A stretch of DNA of 64,000 bases. Origin: an uncultured Geobacter sp. (lineage in GTDB: Bacteria; Desulfobacterota; Desulfuromonadia; Geobacterales; Geobacteraceae). Positions 36,536 through 45,335 of the stretch are shown here, piece after piece. Position 1 is the stretch's first letter. Every line of letters starts with the position of its first letter. The notes below the pieces were generated by a model. That model had not been told where the DNA came from. It saw only the letters and a list, made by a program, of their open reading frames with translations, and made no database searches. The stretch is from NCBI GenBank assembly GCA_964536305.1, contig CAZHVY010000013.1:3645-67644 (forward strand), in the 5' to 3' direction. Both the position numbers and the translations under genes were made by a program.

Positions 36536-37270
36536 TCAGCTTTCCCCGAGTACCTTTTTCGCCTTTTTCACGAAACGGCTTTCAGGGTATTCCTTCACCA
36601 GACGCGCCATGGTTTCGCGTCCCTTTCCCTTTTCCCCCGTGCGCAGGTATGAGTCGCCCATGAGATACAGGGCCTCGTCATTGACCGGGGCGCCCGGGTA
36701 CTTCTCCACCGCCTCCTTGAATCGGCCTATGGCTGCTCCGTATTTGTCCGTCCGATAGTAGAACCTGCCGACATATATCTCGTGGGCCGCCTGCTTCGCC
36801 CTGCATTCCGCCAGCTTTTCTCTGGCCTTTTTCGCCATCTCGGTGTTCGGGTATTCCTGGAGGAAGGTTTCGAAAACGGTGACGGCGTTTTTCAGCGGGG
36901 TCTGATCAATGTCGATCTTTTCCACCTGGTTGTAGTTGCTCACCCCCAGCATGTACAGGGCATACGGTGCCTTGGGGTTTTTCGGATGGAGTTTCCTGAA
37001 ATTCTCGTACTCGGCCGCGGCCTCGATGTAGTTCCCGTCCTGAAAGAGCGCGTCGGCGACGCGAAGCTCCGCCACCGTCCTGAGGAGAGGAGATGTGTTG
37101 CCTTCCTTGACCTTGCGCCACGTTTCCGCCGCTTTCTCGTATTTTTCGCGGGCGTACAGCTTTTCGCCCCGCAGGAAGCTGGTTTCCGCCGGCACATTAA
37201 GGCCGCTGTCCGAGGCGCATGACGATGACAAGAGAAAGACACTGAGAGCTAAAGCGGCTCTTCGGTACAT
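36536..37270 (-). CDS. bamD: outer-membrane protein assembly factor BamD (TPR lipoprotein)
   Basis: Lipobox FLLSSSCAS; TPR-like repeats; the YfiO-type region YVGRFYYRTDKYGAAIGRF. The ATG at 37270 is preferred over 37348. Confidence 0.8.
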   Translation of the reverse strand: MYRRAALALSVFLLSSSCASDSGLNVPAETSFLRGEKLYAREKYEKAAETWRKVKEGNTSPLLRTVAELRVADALFQDGNYIEAAAEYENFRKLHPKNPKAPYALYMLGVSNYNQVEKIDIDQTPLKNAVTVFETFLQEYPNTEMAKKAREKLAECRAKQAAHEIYVGRFYYRTDKYGAAIGRFKEAVEKYPGAPVNDEALYLMGDSYLRTGEKGKGRETMARLVKEYPESRFVKKAKKVLGES

Positions 37271-37415
37271 ATGGACTCCTTGACCGGCTTGGTACGGGAA
37301 TAACCGGATGTTCTTCTTGTTAGTAGAGAAAAAGAAGCGATTTGTCAATGGATTGTTGCGGGAAGGGGTCGAGCGCCGGAGTTCGACGCTCGACCGGTTT
37401 TCTTGATCGACCGGT

Positions 37416-39218
37416 TTAATTGGTCTTCCGCTTCCTTTTGGTGGGGTCCAGTTCCTTCTTCCGGAGCCGGATCGATGTGGGGGTTACCTCCACCAGCTCG
37501 TCATCATCGATGAATTCCAGGGCCTGTTCCAGGGTGAGTACCCGGGGAGGAGACAGCTTGACTGCGTCGTCGGAGCCGGAGGCCCTTATGTTGGTAAGCT
37601 TTTTCCCCTTGCAGGGATTGACATCCAAATCGTTGTCCTTGGCGTGCTGGCCAATGATCATCCCTCCGTACACCTCAACTCCGGGTCCCAGAAAGAGCAC
37701 GCCGCGGGGTTGCAGGGCATCCAGGGCGTAGGCCGTGGTTTCCCCGTTTTCCATGGCGATGAGAACCCCGTTCTTGCGGCCGGGAATGTCTCCTTTGTAG
37801 GGGGCGTAGCCATGGAAGGTGTGGGTTACCACTCCTGTGCCGCGGGTATCGGTGAGAAGTTCATTGCGCAGTCCGATGATGCCTCGAGCCGGGATAGCGA
37901 ATTCCAGGCGCACTACCTCCCCCATCTGGTGTATGGCGACCATCTCCCCCTTGCGGGGTCCCATCTTTTCGATGATGGTTCCCTGGTATTCGGAAGGGAC
38001 GTCCACCACCAGATATTCCATTGGCTCCTGGCGCTTTCCGTCGATTTCCCGCAGTATCACCTCCGGCTTGGACACCGCCATTTCAAACCCTTCACGGCGC
38101 ATGTTCTCAATGAGGATAGAAAGGTGCAGTTCGCCCCTGCCGGAAACGAGAAAGGTGTCGGGATTGTCGGTGTCCTCCACGCGCAGCGATACGTTGGTCC
38201 GCAGTTCCTTTTCCAGCCTCTCCCTTATGTTGCGCGACGTCACCAGTTTCCCCTCCCGTCCGGCAAACGGGGAGCTGTTGACGATGAAGTTCATGGCGAT
38301 TGTGGGCTCGTCAATGGATACATACGGTAGGGAATGGGGGTCGTCTCCGCCCGCCAGGGTTTCGCCGATGCCAACGTCTTCAAAACCCGCTATGGTTACG
38401 ATATCCCCGGTGAAGGCCTCAGTGATTTCCACCTGCTGCAATCCTTCGTAGCCGAGCAGCTTTGAGATGCGTCCCTTGCGGATCTCGCCTCCGCGTCTGA
38501 TGAGGGAGAGAGATTCTCCGGCGGAAACCTTGCCGTTGAAGATCTTGCCGGTGGCGATGCGGCCGATATAATCGTTGTAGTCTATGTTGGTGACCAGCAT
38601 CTGGAAGGGCGCGTCCGGGTCTCCCTCCGGGGGGGATACGTTGTTGATAACAGTCTGAAAGAGCGGTTCCATGGTCTCCGATTCATCCGCCATGTCCAGC
38701 TTGGCGTACCCCATCTTGGCGCTGGTGTAGACAATGGCGAAGTCCAGCTGTTCGTCGCTGGCCTGCAATTCGCAGAAAAGATCGAAGACCATGTCCACGA
38801 CCTCGGAGGGGCGGGCGCCTGGGCGATCGATCTTGTTGATTACAACGATGGGACGGAGGCCCAGATCCAGGGATTTCTTGAGGACGAACCTGGTCTGGGG
38901 CATGGGTCCGTCCAGGGCGTCCACCAGCAGCAGGACCGAGTCGACCATCTTCAGCACCCGCTCCACTTCGCCCCCGAAGTCGGCGTGACCCGGGGTGTCC
39001 ACGATGTTGATCTTGTATCCTCCGTGGCGGACGGAGAGGTTCTTGGCCAGGATGGTGATCCCGCGTTCCTTCTCCAGATCGTTGGAATCCATCACCCGTT
39101 CGGTGATGGCTTCGTTATTTCGGAAAACGCCCGACTGTTTCAGCATGGCGTCCACGAGGGTGGTCTTGCCATGGTCAACATGGGCAATGATGGCGATGTT
39201 GCGAATCTTTTGCTGCAT
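37416..39218 (-). CDS. typA: translational GTPase TypA/BipA
   Basis: [36 protein letters not shown]; 600 aa. Confidence 0.97.
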   Translation of the reverse strand: MQQKIRNIAIIAHVDHGKTTLVDAMLKQSGVFRNNEAITERVMDSNDLEKERGITILAKNLSVRHGGYKINIVDTPGHADFGGEVERVLKMVDSVLLLVDALDGPMPQTRFVLKKSLDLGLRPIVVINKIDRPGARPSEVVDMVFDLFCELQASDEQLDFAIVYTSAKMGYAKLDMADESETMEPLFQTVINNVSPPEGDPDAPFQMLVTNIDYNDYIGRIATGKIFNGKVSAGESLSLIRRGGEIRKGRISKLLGYEGLQQVEITEAFTGDIVTIAGFEDVGIGETLAGGDDPHSLPYVSIDEPTIAMNFIVNSSPFAGREGKLVTSRNIRERLEKELRTNVSLRVEDTDNPDTFLVSGRGELHLSILIENMRREGFEMAVSKPEVILREIDGKRQEPMEYLVVDVPSEYQGTIIEKMGPRKGEMVAIHQMGEVVRLEFAIPARGIIGLRNELLTDTRGTGVVTHTFHGYAPYKGDIPGRKNGVLIAMENGETTAYALDALQPRGVLFLGPGVEVYGGMIIGQHAKDNDLDVNPCKGKKLTNIRASGSDDAVKLSPPRVLTLEQALEFIDDDELVEVTPTSIRLRKKELDPTKRKRKTN

Positions 39219-39305
39219 TCTTGCTGCTCCTGTTTTTTTGAGTGATCCCTGCTCCTTCCAGCAGTCGGATGTCCCGGTTGGACATGGACCGGACCTGTGG
39301 GGAGG

Positions 39306-39337
39306 GCAAAAGAAAAAGACGGGCCAAAGCCCGTCTT
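39306..39337 (-). terminator. intrinsic-terminator-like hairpin in the typA upstream leader
   Basis: The minus strand reads aagacgggc-tttg-gcccgtctt followed by TTTTCTTTTG. It ends about 90 nt upstream of the typA ATG. Confidence 0.45.
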
Positions 39338-39529
39338 GTGCCGTTTACTATGCCGATTATTCAGTAAAAGTTCAAGTTTTTTTTCACCCACAAGCGGGTC
39401 TGCTACGTTAAAGATTCATATGCCTGCCGCGCAAAATGTGGTATCTGTTTACAACCTTCTTATCATTACAGCATTCTCAGCGGGCGCCGGGAGAAATCCC
39501 GTTCCGCCCTCAACAAACGGGGAGCATGC

Positions 39530-40264
39530 ATGGCGGACACAATCCTTGACAGGGAACTATGGCTGTTTGGACTGGGCGGATGCGAGGATCGGGGCAGGAT
39601 CGTCTGTGACTACCTTGCCCGGGGTGGGTACCAGGCTCGTCCTGCTGTGCTGGAAGAGCTTTCAGAGCGTCGTCCCCTCGGCATACTGCTGGACCTTTCA
39701 CCCTATTCCAGCGATGGCTGGGAGATCTTTCTCGAACTGAAACGGAACCCCCGGACGCGGGATATTCCGGTACTCCCCATTTTTCTGAGCATCAAGGGAA
39801 GGATAGGAGGCGTTTTTCCGGCGGCCGGTTTTTTCACCCTCCCCATCGATACCGATTATCTGACCAAGAGAATAGTTGTTCTCGGTCTGACCGAGGAGGC
39901 GGAGGTATGGGACCTGCAGGCCCTAGTCGTTTCCAGGAGCGGTGAGGAGGAGGTGGGAAAGGCCCTGGAATCACTGGGCTTCGGCATTGTCAAGGCTTAT
40001 ACGGGCAAGGAAGCTATCGCCCTGGCGACCACGGAACCCCGCTACCTTGCCGTCTCCACGCTGATGCTGCCGGATATGTCAGCATTCGAGCTCATGGATC
40101 GCTTCCGGCTCTATCCCTATACTAGGAACATACCCTTTTTCATCCTCATGAAGGAGCAGATGAAAGAGGGGGAGAGGATCGCCATGGGACGGCAGATTGA
40201 ATGTCTTGTGCGCAAGAAAGAGCTGTCCTGTGACGAGTTCCTGCGCTATCTGCGGAAAAGGTGA
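39530..40264 (+). CDS. tandem degenerate receiver-domain (pseudo-receiver) protein with no output domain
   Basis: Two REC-like halves. The first keeps LLDLS but lacks the acidic pair and the Lys (TLPID). In the second the phospho-acceptor position is Thr (VSTLMLPDMSAFEL). Confidence 0.55.
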   Translation: MADTILDRELWLFGLGGCEDRGRIVCDYLARGGYQARPAVLEELSERRPLGILLDLSPYSSDGWEIFLELKRNPRTRDIPVLPIFLSIKGRIGGVFPAAGFFTLPIDTDYLTKRIVVLGLTEEAEVWDLQALVVSRSGEEEVGKALESLGFGIVKAYTGKEAIALATTEPRYLAVSTLMLPDMSAFELMDRFRLYPYTRNIPFFILMKEQMKEGERIAMGRQIECLVRKKELSCDEFLRYLRKR

Positions 40265-40386
40265 ACGGCGCCGGTCATTCTTTTTCCTTTAACGCCGCAT
40301 CTGTCGCCTCCTCCCTTGACTCCGCCGGAATCGACATTATCTTTCCACCGAAAGCATCAGTAACCAAGAAAAAGGAGGCGGATATC

Positions 40387-40836
40387 ATGGCAAGCTGGGA
40401 TATGTTCAGGGAGTTGGACAGTCTGAGGCGCGAGATCGACGAGGCATTTCGAGGCGTCGGCCTGGGGAGGCTTGCATCGCCCCAGTTTCTCACTGGCGGC
40501 GGGTCGAGGCGATTTCCCCTGGTCAATATCAGCGAGGATGAAACCGGCGTATACGTGGAAGCTCTGTTGCCGGGGGTAGTCGCGGAGAGCGTCGATATCT
40601 CGGTTCTGCGAAACACCCTGACCCTTTCCGGGGAACGGAAGCCGGACGAGACGGCAAAGGCGGTTGTCTGGCACCGCAACGAAAGGGGCATGGGCAAATT
40701 CAGCAGGACCATAGAGCTTCCGGCCGAGATAGACGGCGCCAGGGTTTTGGCGCGCTATAAGGACGGCGTGCTCGCGGTTGACCTGCCCAAGACGGAAGCC
40801 GCGAAACCCAGGAAGATCTCCGTTAGTGTTTCCTGA
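40387..40836 (+). CDS. Hsp20/alpha-crystallin small heat-shock protein
   Basis: The alpha-crystallin domain includes the C-terminal stretch ARYKDGVLAVDLPK. The ATG at 40387 is preceded by AAGGAGG. Confidence 0.9.
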   Translation: MASWDMFRELDSLRREIDEAFRGVGLGRLASPQFLTGGGSRRFPLVNISEDETGVYVEALLPGVVAESVDISVLRNTLTLSGERKPDETAKAVVWHRNERGMGKFSRTIELPAEIDGARVLARYKDGVLAVDLPKTEAAKPRKISVSVS

Positions 40837-40882
40837 AGAGAAGGGGTTGTTTCAAAAAAGGCCAGTGAGGAGGAATGACAAA

Positions 40883-41281
40883 ATGACTGACAAGAGCATT
40901 ACCAATTCGGTCCAGCAGCGTTCTCCCGAAAGACGGGAGGAAACCCGCTCTGCGGAGCGCTACTTGAGGCCTGCGGTGGATATCGTGGAAACGGAAGAGG
41001 GGCTCGTCATTACAGCGGATCTGCCCGGGGTTCCGAAGGATGACCTGGAAATCGGCATAGATAAAGGTATTCTCACCATTCAGGGGGGTGTGAGACAGGG
41101 TAGCCGCGGAGGCGCTATCTACCGGGAATTCGAACTGATGAACTACTACCGCCAGTTTCAGCTTCCTGAGGTGATAGACCAGGAAAAGACCAGTGCGGAA
41201 TATGCCAACGGCGTTCTGAAGCTCAGGCTTTTCAAGGCTGAGGCGGCAAAGCCGCGCAGGATTGAGGTGCAGGCCGGCTGA
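40883..41281 (+). CDS. Hsp20/alpha-crystallin small heat-shock protein (second copy)
   Basis: PAVDIVETEEGLVITADLPGV...AEYANGVLKLRLFK. The ATG at 40883 is preceded by GAGGAGG. Confidence 0.9.
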   Translation: MTDKSITNSVQQRSPERREETRSAERYLRPAVDIVETEEGLVITADLPGVPKDDLEIGIDKGILTIQGGVRQGSRGGAIYREFELMNYYRQFQLPEVIDQEKTSAEYANGVLKLRLFKAEAAKPRRIEVQAG

Positions 41282-41316
41282 GGCGCGCGGCCGCCCGTCC
41301 CAGGCGGAGGAATGAA

Positions 41317-41355
41317 GCAAAAGGCCTTGCGGTTTTACTCGCAAGGCCTTTTTGC
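41317..41355. terminator. bidirectional intrinsic terminator between hsp20 and the convergent lipoprotein gene
   Basis: gcaaaaggccttgcg-gttttact-cgcaaggcctttttgc, with A-run/T-run flanks on both strands. Confidence 0.7.
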
Positions 41356-41381
41356 ATGAGTCCGGCGACCACATCCGGTGT

Positions 41382-41609
41382 TTATTTTCGATGATGACGT
41401 CCTTGTCCATAGTAAGGAGGAGGATAGCCATGATGTCGCCGCCCCTGTCCGCCATGATCGGAAAAGTTCAGACTGACGCTGGCGCCGCCCAGGGCCACCG
41501 GCTGCGCATAGTAGCCGGTATCGTAATATCCGCCATATCCTGGGTAGTAAAGACATCCGCTGATGGTTATGGTAAGCGCGACAAAGATCAGAAGGAGTAA
41601 CCGTTTCAT
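41382..41609 (-). CDS. small Gly/Tyr/His/Arg-rich lipoprotein
   Basis: Lipobox LTITISGC. The mature part is YYPGYGGYYDTGYY...GRRHHGYPPPYYGQGRHHRK. GGAG SD. Confidence 0.55.
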   Translation of the reverse strand: MKRLLLLIFVALTITISGCLYYPGYGGYYDTGYYAQPVALGGASVSLNFSDHGGQGRRHHGYPPPYYGQGRHHRK

Positions 41610-41815
41610 ATGCAGCCCCCTTTCCGCCTTGCTTCTTCCGGCGGATTATCTTTTCAATCGCCTGTACAAACGTTCAAGTGTCATGGCGGTTTACCGGAAA
41701 ATCCGAGGGAATGGATGCTGGTGAAATCATCAACCTTGGCGCTTTGCCGCGAGTGTGATAGTCTGTCGAGACTCGATGGTTGTCGCGGCGCCATGCGCGC
41801 GATGTGAACATTAAT

Positions 41816-41958
41816 CCCTAAACCGGCAGTTGGAGGTATCCGTAGAGAGCGACTTTGTCGTATTTCGTTGCTGCTATTAGCGAAATGAGCTTAGAGCAGC
41901 AGAAACAGGGCATCCAGAGCGAAAGGAGGATGCCTCCAACTGCCGAATCTAGGTTAAT
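41816..41958. repeat. TIR-bounded structured repeat, short copy (family D), abutting the ppiC SD
   Basis: ccggcagttggaggtatcc ... ggatgcctccaactgccg. Collinear with 9721-9926 apart from the 61-nt internal segment. It ends 15 nt before the ppiC ATG. Confidence 0.8.
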
Positions 41959-41972
41959 AAGGAGAATAAAGG

Positions 41973-42254
41973 ATGAAAAAAGCTAGTGCCCGCCACATTC
42001 TCGTGGCAAGTGAGGAAGAATGCAACAGCCTGAAGGAACGGATTGAAGGAGGCGCTGCTTTTGCCGATGTGGCCATGGAGCATTCGCTTTGCCCCTCCAA
42101 GAGGAACGGGGGAGCGCTCGGAACCTTCGGTCCCGGTCAGATGGTGAGGGAATTCGACCAGGTGGTGTTCACCGGTGAGATCGGCAAGGTCCTGGGGCCT
42201 GTAAAGACCCAGTTCGGATACCACCTGATCGAGATCACCAGCCGCACTGAATAG
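41973..42254 (+). CDS. ppiC: parvulin-type peptidyl-prolyl cis-trans isomerase (PpiC-like)
   Basis: 93 aa: ASARHILV...CPSKRNGGALGTFGPGQMVREFDQVVF...GPVKTQFGYHLIE. Confidence 0.88.
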   Translation: MKKASARHILVASEEECNSLKERIEGGAAFADVAMEHSLCPSKRNGGALGTFGPGQMVREFDQVVFTGEIGKVLGPVKTQFGYHLIEITSRTE

Positions 42255-42324
42255 CCTGTCTCCAGTTTCGGAGGGAGTCGTGATTTCGGCAATGCGCATG
42301 TATATGCGCACGGAATTTTCGATA

Positions 42325-42356
42325 ATGGAAAACGGCCCTGACGGGCCGTTTTCCAT
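42325..42356. terminator. bidirectional terminator between ppiC and the convergent sigma-54 activator gene
   Basis: Perfect 14-bp stem atggaaaacggccc-tgac-gggccgttttccat. Confidence 0.7.
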
Positions 42357-42361
42357 TATCT

Positions 42362-45172
42362 TTACAACCGGATCGTCTTGTAGAGGAAATTCTTGAATTT
42401 AAAGAATTTTTTCCGTTCGCCCGTGTCATTCTGGATGTCGCCGCATGCTGCCTTCAGGCGCCTTGCTATCTGGGGCATGCTACGGCCCGAGGCCTGGCGG
42501 GATCGTTCTATTACCAGTGCGACCACGTCCCGGGAGATGCGGTTTTTGGAATAGGGCTCGTAGACCGCTTCCCAGAAGTCCTTGCCCCCCTCGATGCTGG
42601 ATAATATCTCCTCCGCGAGTTTGTCCTCCAGCCTGGACTGGGTGTTTTCGTTCTGATCCCTGTTTCCGTCCCTGATGGCGAGATGGATGTCTTCAGCGGT
42701 GATTATGTTACCGTTTCGGAAGAAGAGCGCCCGCAGAAGGATGCTGCGCAGCTCCCGGATATTTCCCTCGTAGCGGTGGTTTACCAGCAGCGCCTTTGCC
42801 TCTTCGGAAAGGGCTGGCGGATCGTCCCGCTCATCGTCCTTGCCCCGATAGGTCCGGTACAGCTTGCCGAGGAAGTGGGTCGCGAGATCGGTTATGTCCT
42901 CCCGCCGTTCGCTGAGTGGAGGGATGCGCACGGACAGCTCCGAGAGTCTGTGGTAGAGGTCTTCGCGGAAACGGCCGACGGCGATTTCCTCCGGGAGGTT
43001 TCTGTTGGTGGCGGCCACGAGGAGCACCCGCCCGTAGCGCTCCTGGCTTTCGCCCAGGCGGATGAACCCGCCGTTGTCCAGGAAGCGGAGGAGCTGCACC
43101 TGGGTCTTGGGGTCCGCGTCGCCTATCTCATCGAGAAAGACGATGCCGCCGTGGGCCTCTTCCAGGATGCCTTTCCGGTCGCTGTAGGCGCCGGTAAATG
43201 CGCCCTTCTTGTGGCCGAAAAGCTCGGAGTAGGTAAGCTCTCCGCTGTAGGCCGCGATGTTGGTTTTCTTTACCGGCAGTTCGCCGGCCGGATTCACCTT
43301 TTCCCGGTACATCTCGTTCAGCTTGTTGTAAATATTGTTGAAGAAGAACTCCTTTCCCGAGCCGGTCTGCCCGAGCACGAGGATGGACGGGAGCCCGATT
43401 GTGGCCTCCTGGAGAACGTTTGTGCTCCAGAAGGCAATCCGGTTGAAAAGGGGAATGGAGACGGTGTTGATGAAGTTCACCACCTCCTGGGCCTTGCGGC
43501 TGTTGCCGATGATGTTTCCGAGCCGGTAGGATGAGACCTGTGGGTCCTTGTAGGCGACATCCCGGGTCAGGCGGAGCACTTGGCTCTGGAGGGTCTCGAT
43601 CTGCTGTATGTCCGAGATGTGCCGCGAGGTGAGGCTTTCGATGATCTGTAGGATGCGCTTGTGCTCCTCGGTAAAATATCCCTGCTTCAGGGAGTTAAGG
43701 CAGATCACCCCCAGGACGACGTCGTCGCAGATGATGGGCATGGCGATCTCGCTTTTCAGGAGTTCGCTGGTGGAGTAGTGAAACCCGCCTTCACGGCTTT
43801 CGGTTTCCACATCCGCGATGATCCTGGGCTGCTTCGACCACGCGGCATACCCTGTCAGGCTCCTCTCTTCCGGCGGCAGTTCCGGTCCGCCGATGCGGAA
43901 AGGAGGTATCTTTTTCTTGAGCCATTCCTTGTGTTTCGCGCCGATGATGTTTCCTGAGTCGTCCTCCACCACCAGCCATTTGTCCACGTCCCGTTCCTGG
44001 ACTACGGCGATGCTGCCGGTGTCCGCGCCGATGAGCTTCGTGGCCTTGGACAGTACCTTTGCCAGGAAGGTATGGAGCTTCTCGTTGTGTTCCCGCAGAA
44101 GGTCGGTGATCTCCGCCAGCACCCTGATCTCCAGATGTTCGTCGCCTATTTCCCTGATAACCCTTTCCACCATTTCCGCATGGGTCTGAAGGATCCCTGT
44201 CTCGAATTCCGAAAACTGGTAGTTTTCCCTTGAGTAGTAATTGACCAGGCAGATGACCTTGCGCGTGTCCGGTTCGTATCTGGGAACCATGTAGAGCGAG
44301 CGGAGGGACATCTTTTCGGTGAGCGCCCTTTTCTGCAGGAACTGCTGGGTCAGGTCCGGGATGAAGACCGGCTTCAGGAGCTGATCATCGTCGATTCGGC
44401 CGTCGTCGCCCACGAATTTCGCCACCAGTGATCGCCCCCTTCCAAGCCTGATGGAGCCGAGGTCATCATATAGCGCCTTCAGTCTGGGATCGGCGGAATA
44501 GCTGGCCAGGACCTCCATCCTCGTCTTCCCGTGTCCGCCGATGGTGGGCACGAGCACCGAGGCAAGGGAGAGGCGGTCGATGAGACGCACCGCGGAATTC
44601 ACCATGAAGGCGGCCGCTTCCCGTTTCTTGTATTCCTCCACCCTCCGCGTCAGGAGGATCTGCTGGTGGTATTTCCGCGCCTGATCAAGGCTGGGGGCGA
44701 TGGCGTCCAGGAATTGGGCCAGTAATTCCTTGGCCGGATCGGAGACTATTTTTCCCGCGGCTTCGCTGTCTACGCACATGACGCCGATGGAACGCACCTG
44801 GTTCACAATGGGAAAGAGACAGGTGGCGGCGATGGAGCATGTCTCCGTGAGTTTCACATCCAGGGGGAGGCAGTGTCTGGAGGCGTCGATAATCTCGATG
44901 GGGGACTGGGTGGCGAACACCGTTGAGACCAGCGCGTGATGGGAGACAATGGGGAAGGTCGTGTTTCTGATCTCTTCCGCGCGGGGACCGGAGGCATAGA
45001 CGCATGAGAGTGTCCCGCCGGTGAGATCCTCCAGGTATATCCTCAGCAGGTCCCGGCCGGAGACGATCCGTGCGCCTTCGGCAAAGGCGAACAGTATCTC
45101 TTCCAGGTTTTCCTTGCCGTAACCGCCTATCTTTTCTTGAAGCCTGAGAATGTCTTCCCTGACGGTTTTCAT
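42362..45172 (-). CDS. sigma-54-dependent transcriptional activator with a long N-terminal GAF-type sensory region
   Basis: AAA+ core: GQTGSGKEFF (Walker A), GAFTGA, IVFLDEIGD (Walker B), REDLYHRL. About 560 aa of N-terminal GAF-like repeats. C-terminal HTH-like segment. Confidence 0.85.
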   Translation of the reverse strand: MKTVREDILRLQEKIGGYGKENLEEILFAFAEGARIVSGRDLLRIYLEDLTGGTLSCVYASGPRAEEIRNTTFPIVSHHALVSTVFATQSPIEIIDASRHCLPLDVKLTETCSIAATCLFPIVNQVRSIGVMCVDSEAAGKIVSDPAKELLAQFLDAIAPSLDQARKYHQQILLTRRVEEYKKREAAAFMVNSAVRLIDRLSLASVLVPTIGGHGKTRMEVLASYSADPRLKALYDDLGSIRLGRGRSLVAKFVGDDGRIDDDQLLKPVFIPDLTQQFLQKRALTEKMSLRSLYMVPRYEPDTRKVICLVNYYSRENYQFSEFETGILQTHAEMVERVIREIGDEHLEIRVLAEITDLLREHNEKLHTFLAKVLSKATKLIGADTGSIAVVQERDVDKWLVVEDDSGNIIGAKHKEWLKKKIPPFRIGGPELPPEERSLTGYAAWSKQPRIIADVETESREGGFHYSTSELLKSEIAMPIICDDVVLGVICLNSLKQGYFTEEHKRILQIIESLTSRHISDIQQIETLQSQVLRLTRDVAYKDPQVSSYRLGNIIGNSRKAQEVVNFINTVSIPLFNRIAFWSTNVLQEATIGLPSILVLGQTGSGKEFFFNNIYNKLNEMYREKVNPAGELPVKKTNIAAYSGELTYSELFGHKKGAFTGAYSDRKGILEEAHGGIVFLDEIGDADPKTQVQLLRFLDNGGFIRLGESQERYGRVLLVAATNRNLPEEIAVGRFREDLYHRLSELSVRIPPLSERREDITDLATHFLGKLYRTYRGKDDERDDPPALSEEAKALLVNHRYEGNIRELRSILLRALFFRNGNIITAEDIHLAIRDGNRDQNENTQSRLEDKLAEEILSSIEGGKDFWEAVYEPYSKNRISRDVVALVIERSRQASGRSMPQIARRLKAACGDIQNDTGERKKFFKFKNFLYKTIRL

Positions 45173-45335
45173 GACCTCCTCCCCATGGGGGTCGCGGGTT
45201 TCGGGGCGTTCTTTCCAAAAGCGCGACGTATTTGTGTACTCATTTTACACAAGGAGCATCATATGGGTAAGATTGAGAGAAAGTCAAGACTTGCGGATGC
45301 AACCGGAGAAGATGAGGGAGAAGGACAGAGGTTCG

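Noticed and set aside
40265-40386. Heat-shock (sigma-32 or CIRCE) element upstream of the first hsp20
   Set aside because: Only a loose CCCTTGA...CATTATCT resemblance is present, with no inverted CIRCE repeat. That is not enough to annotate.
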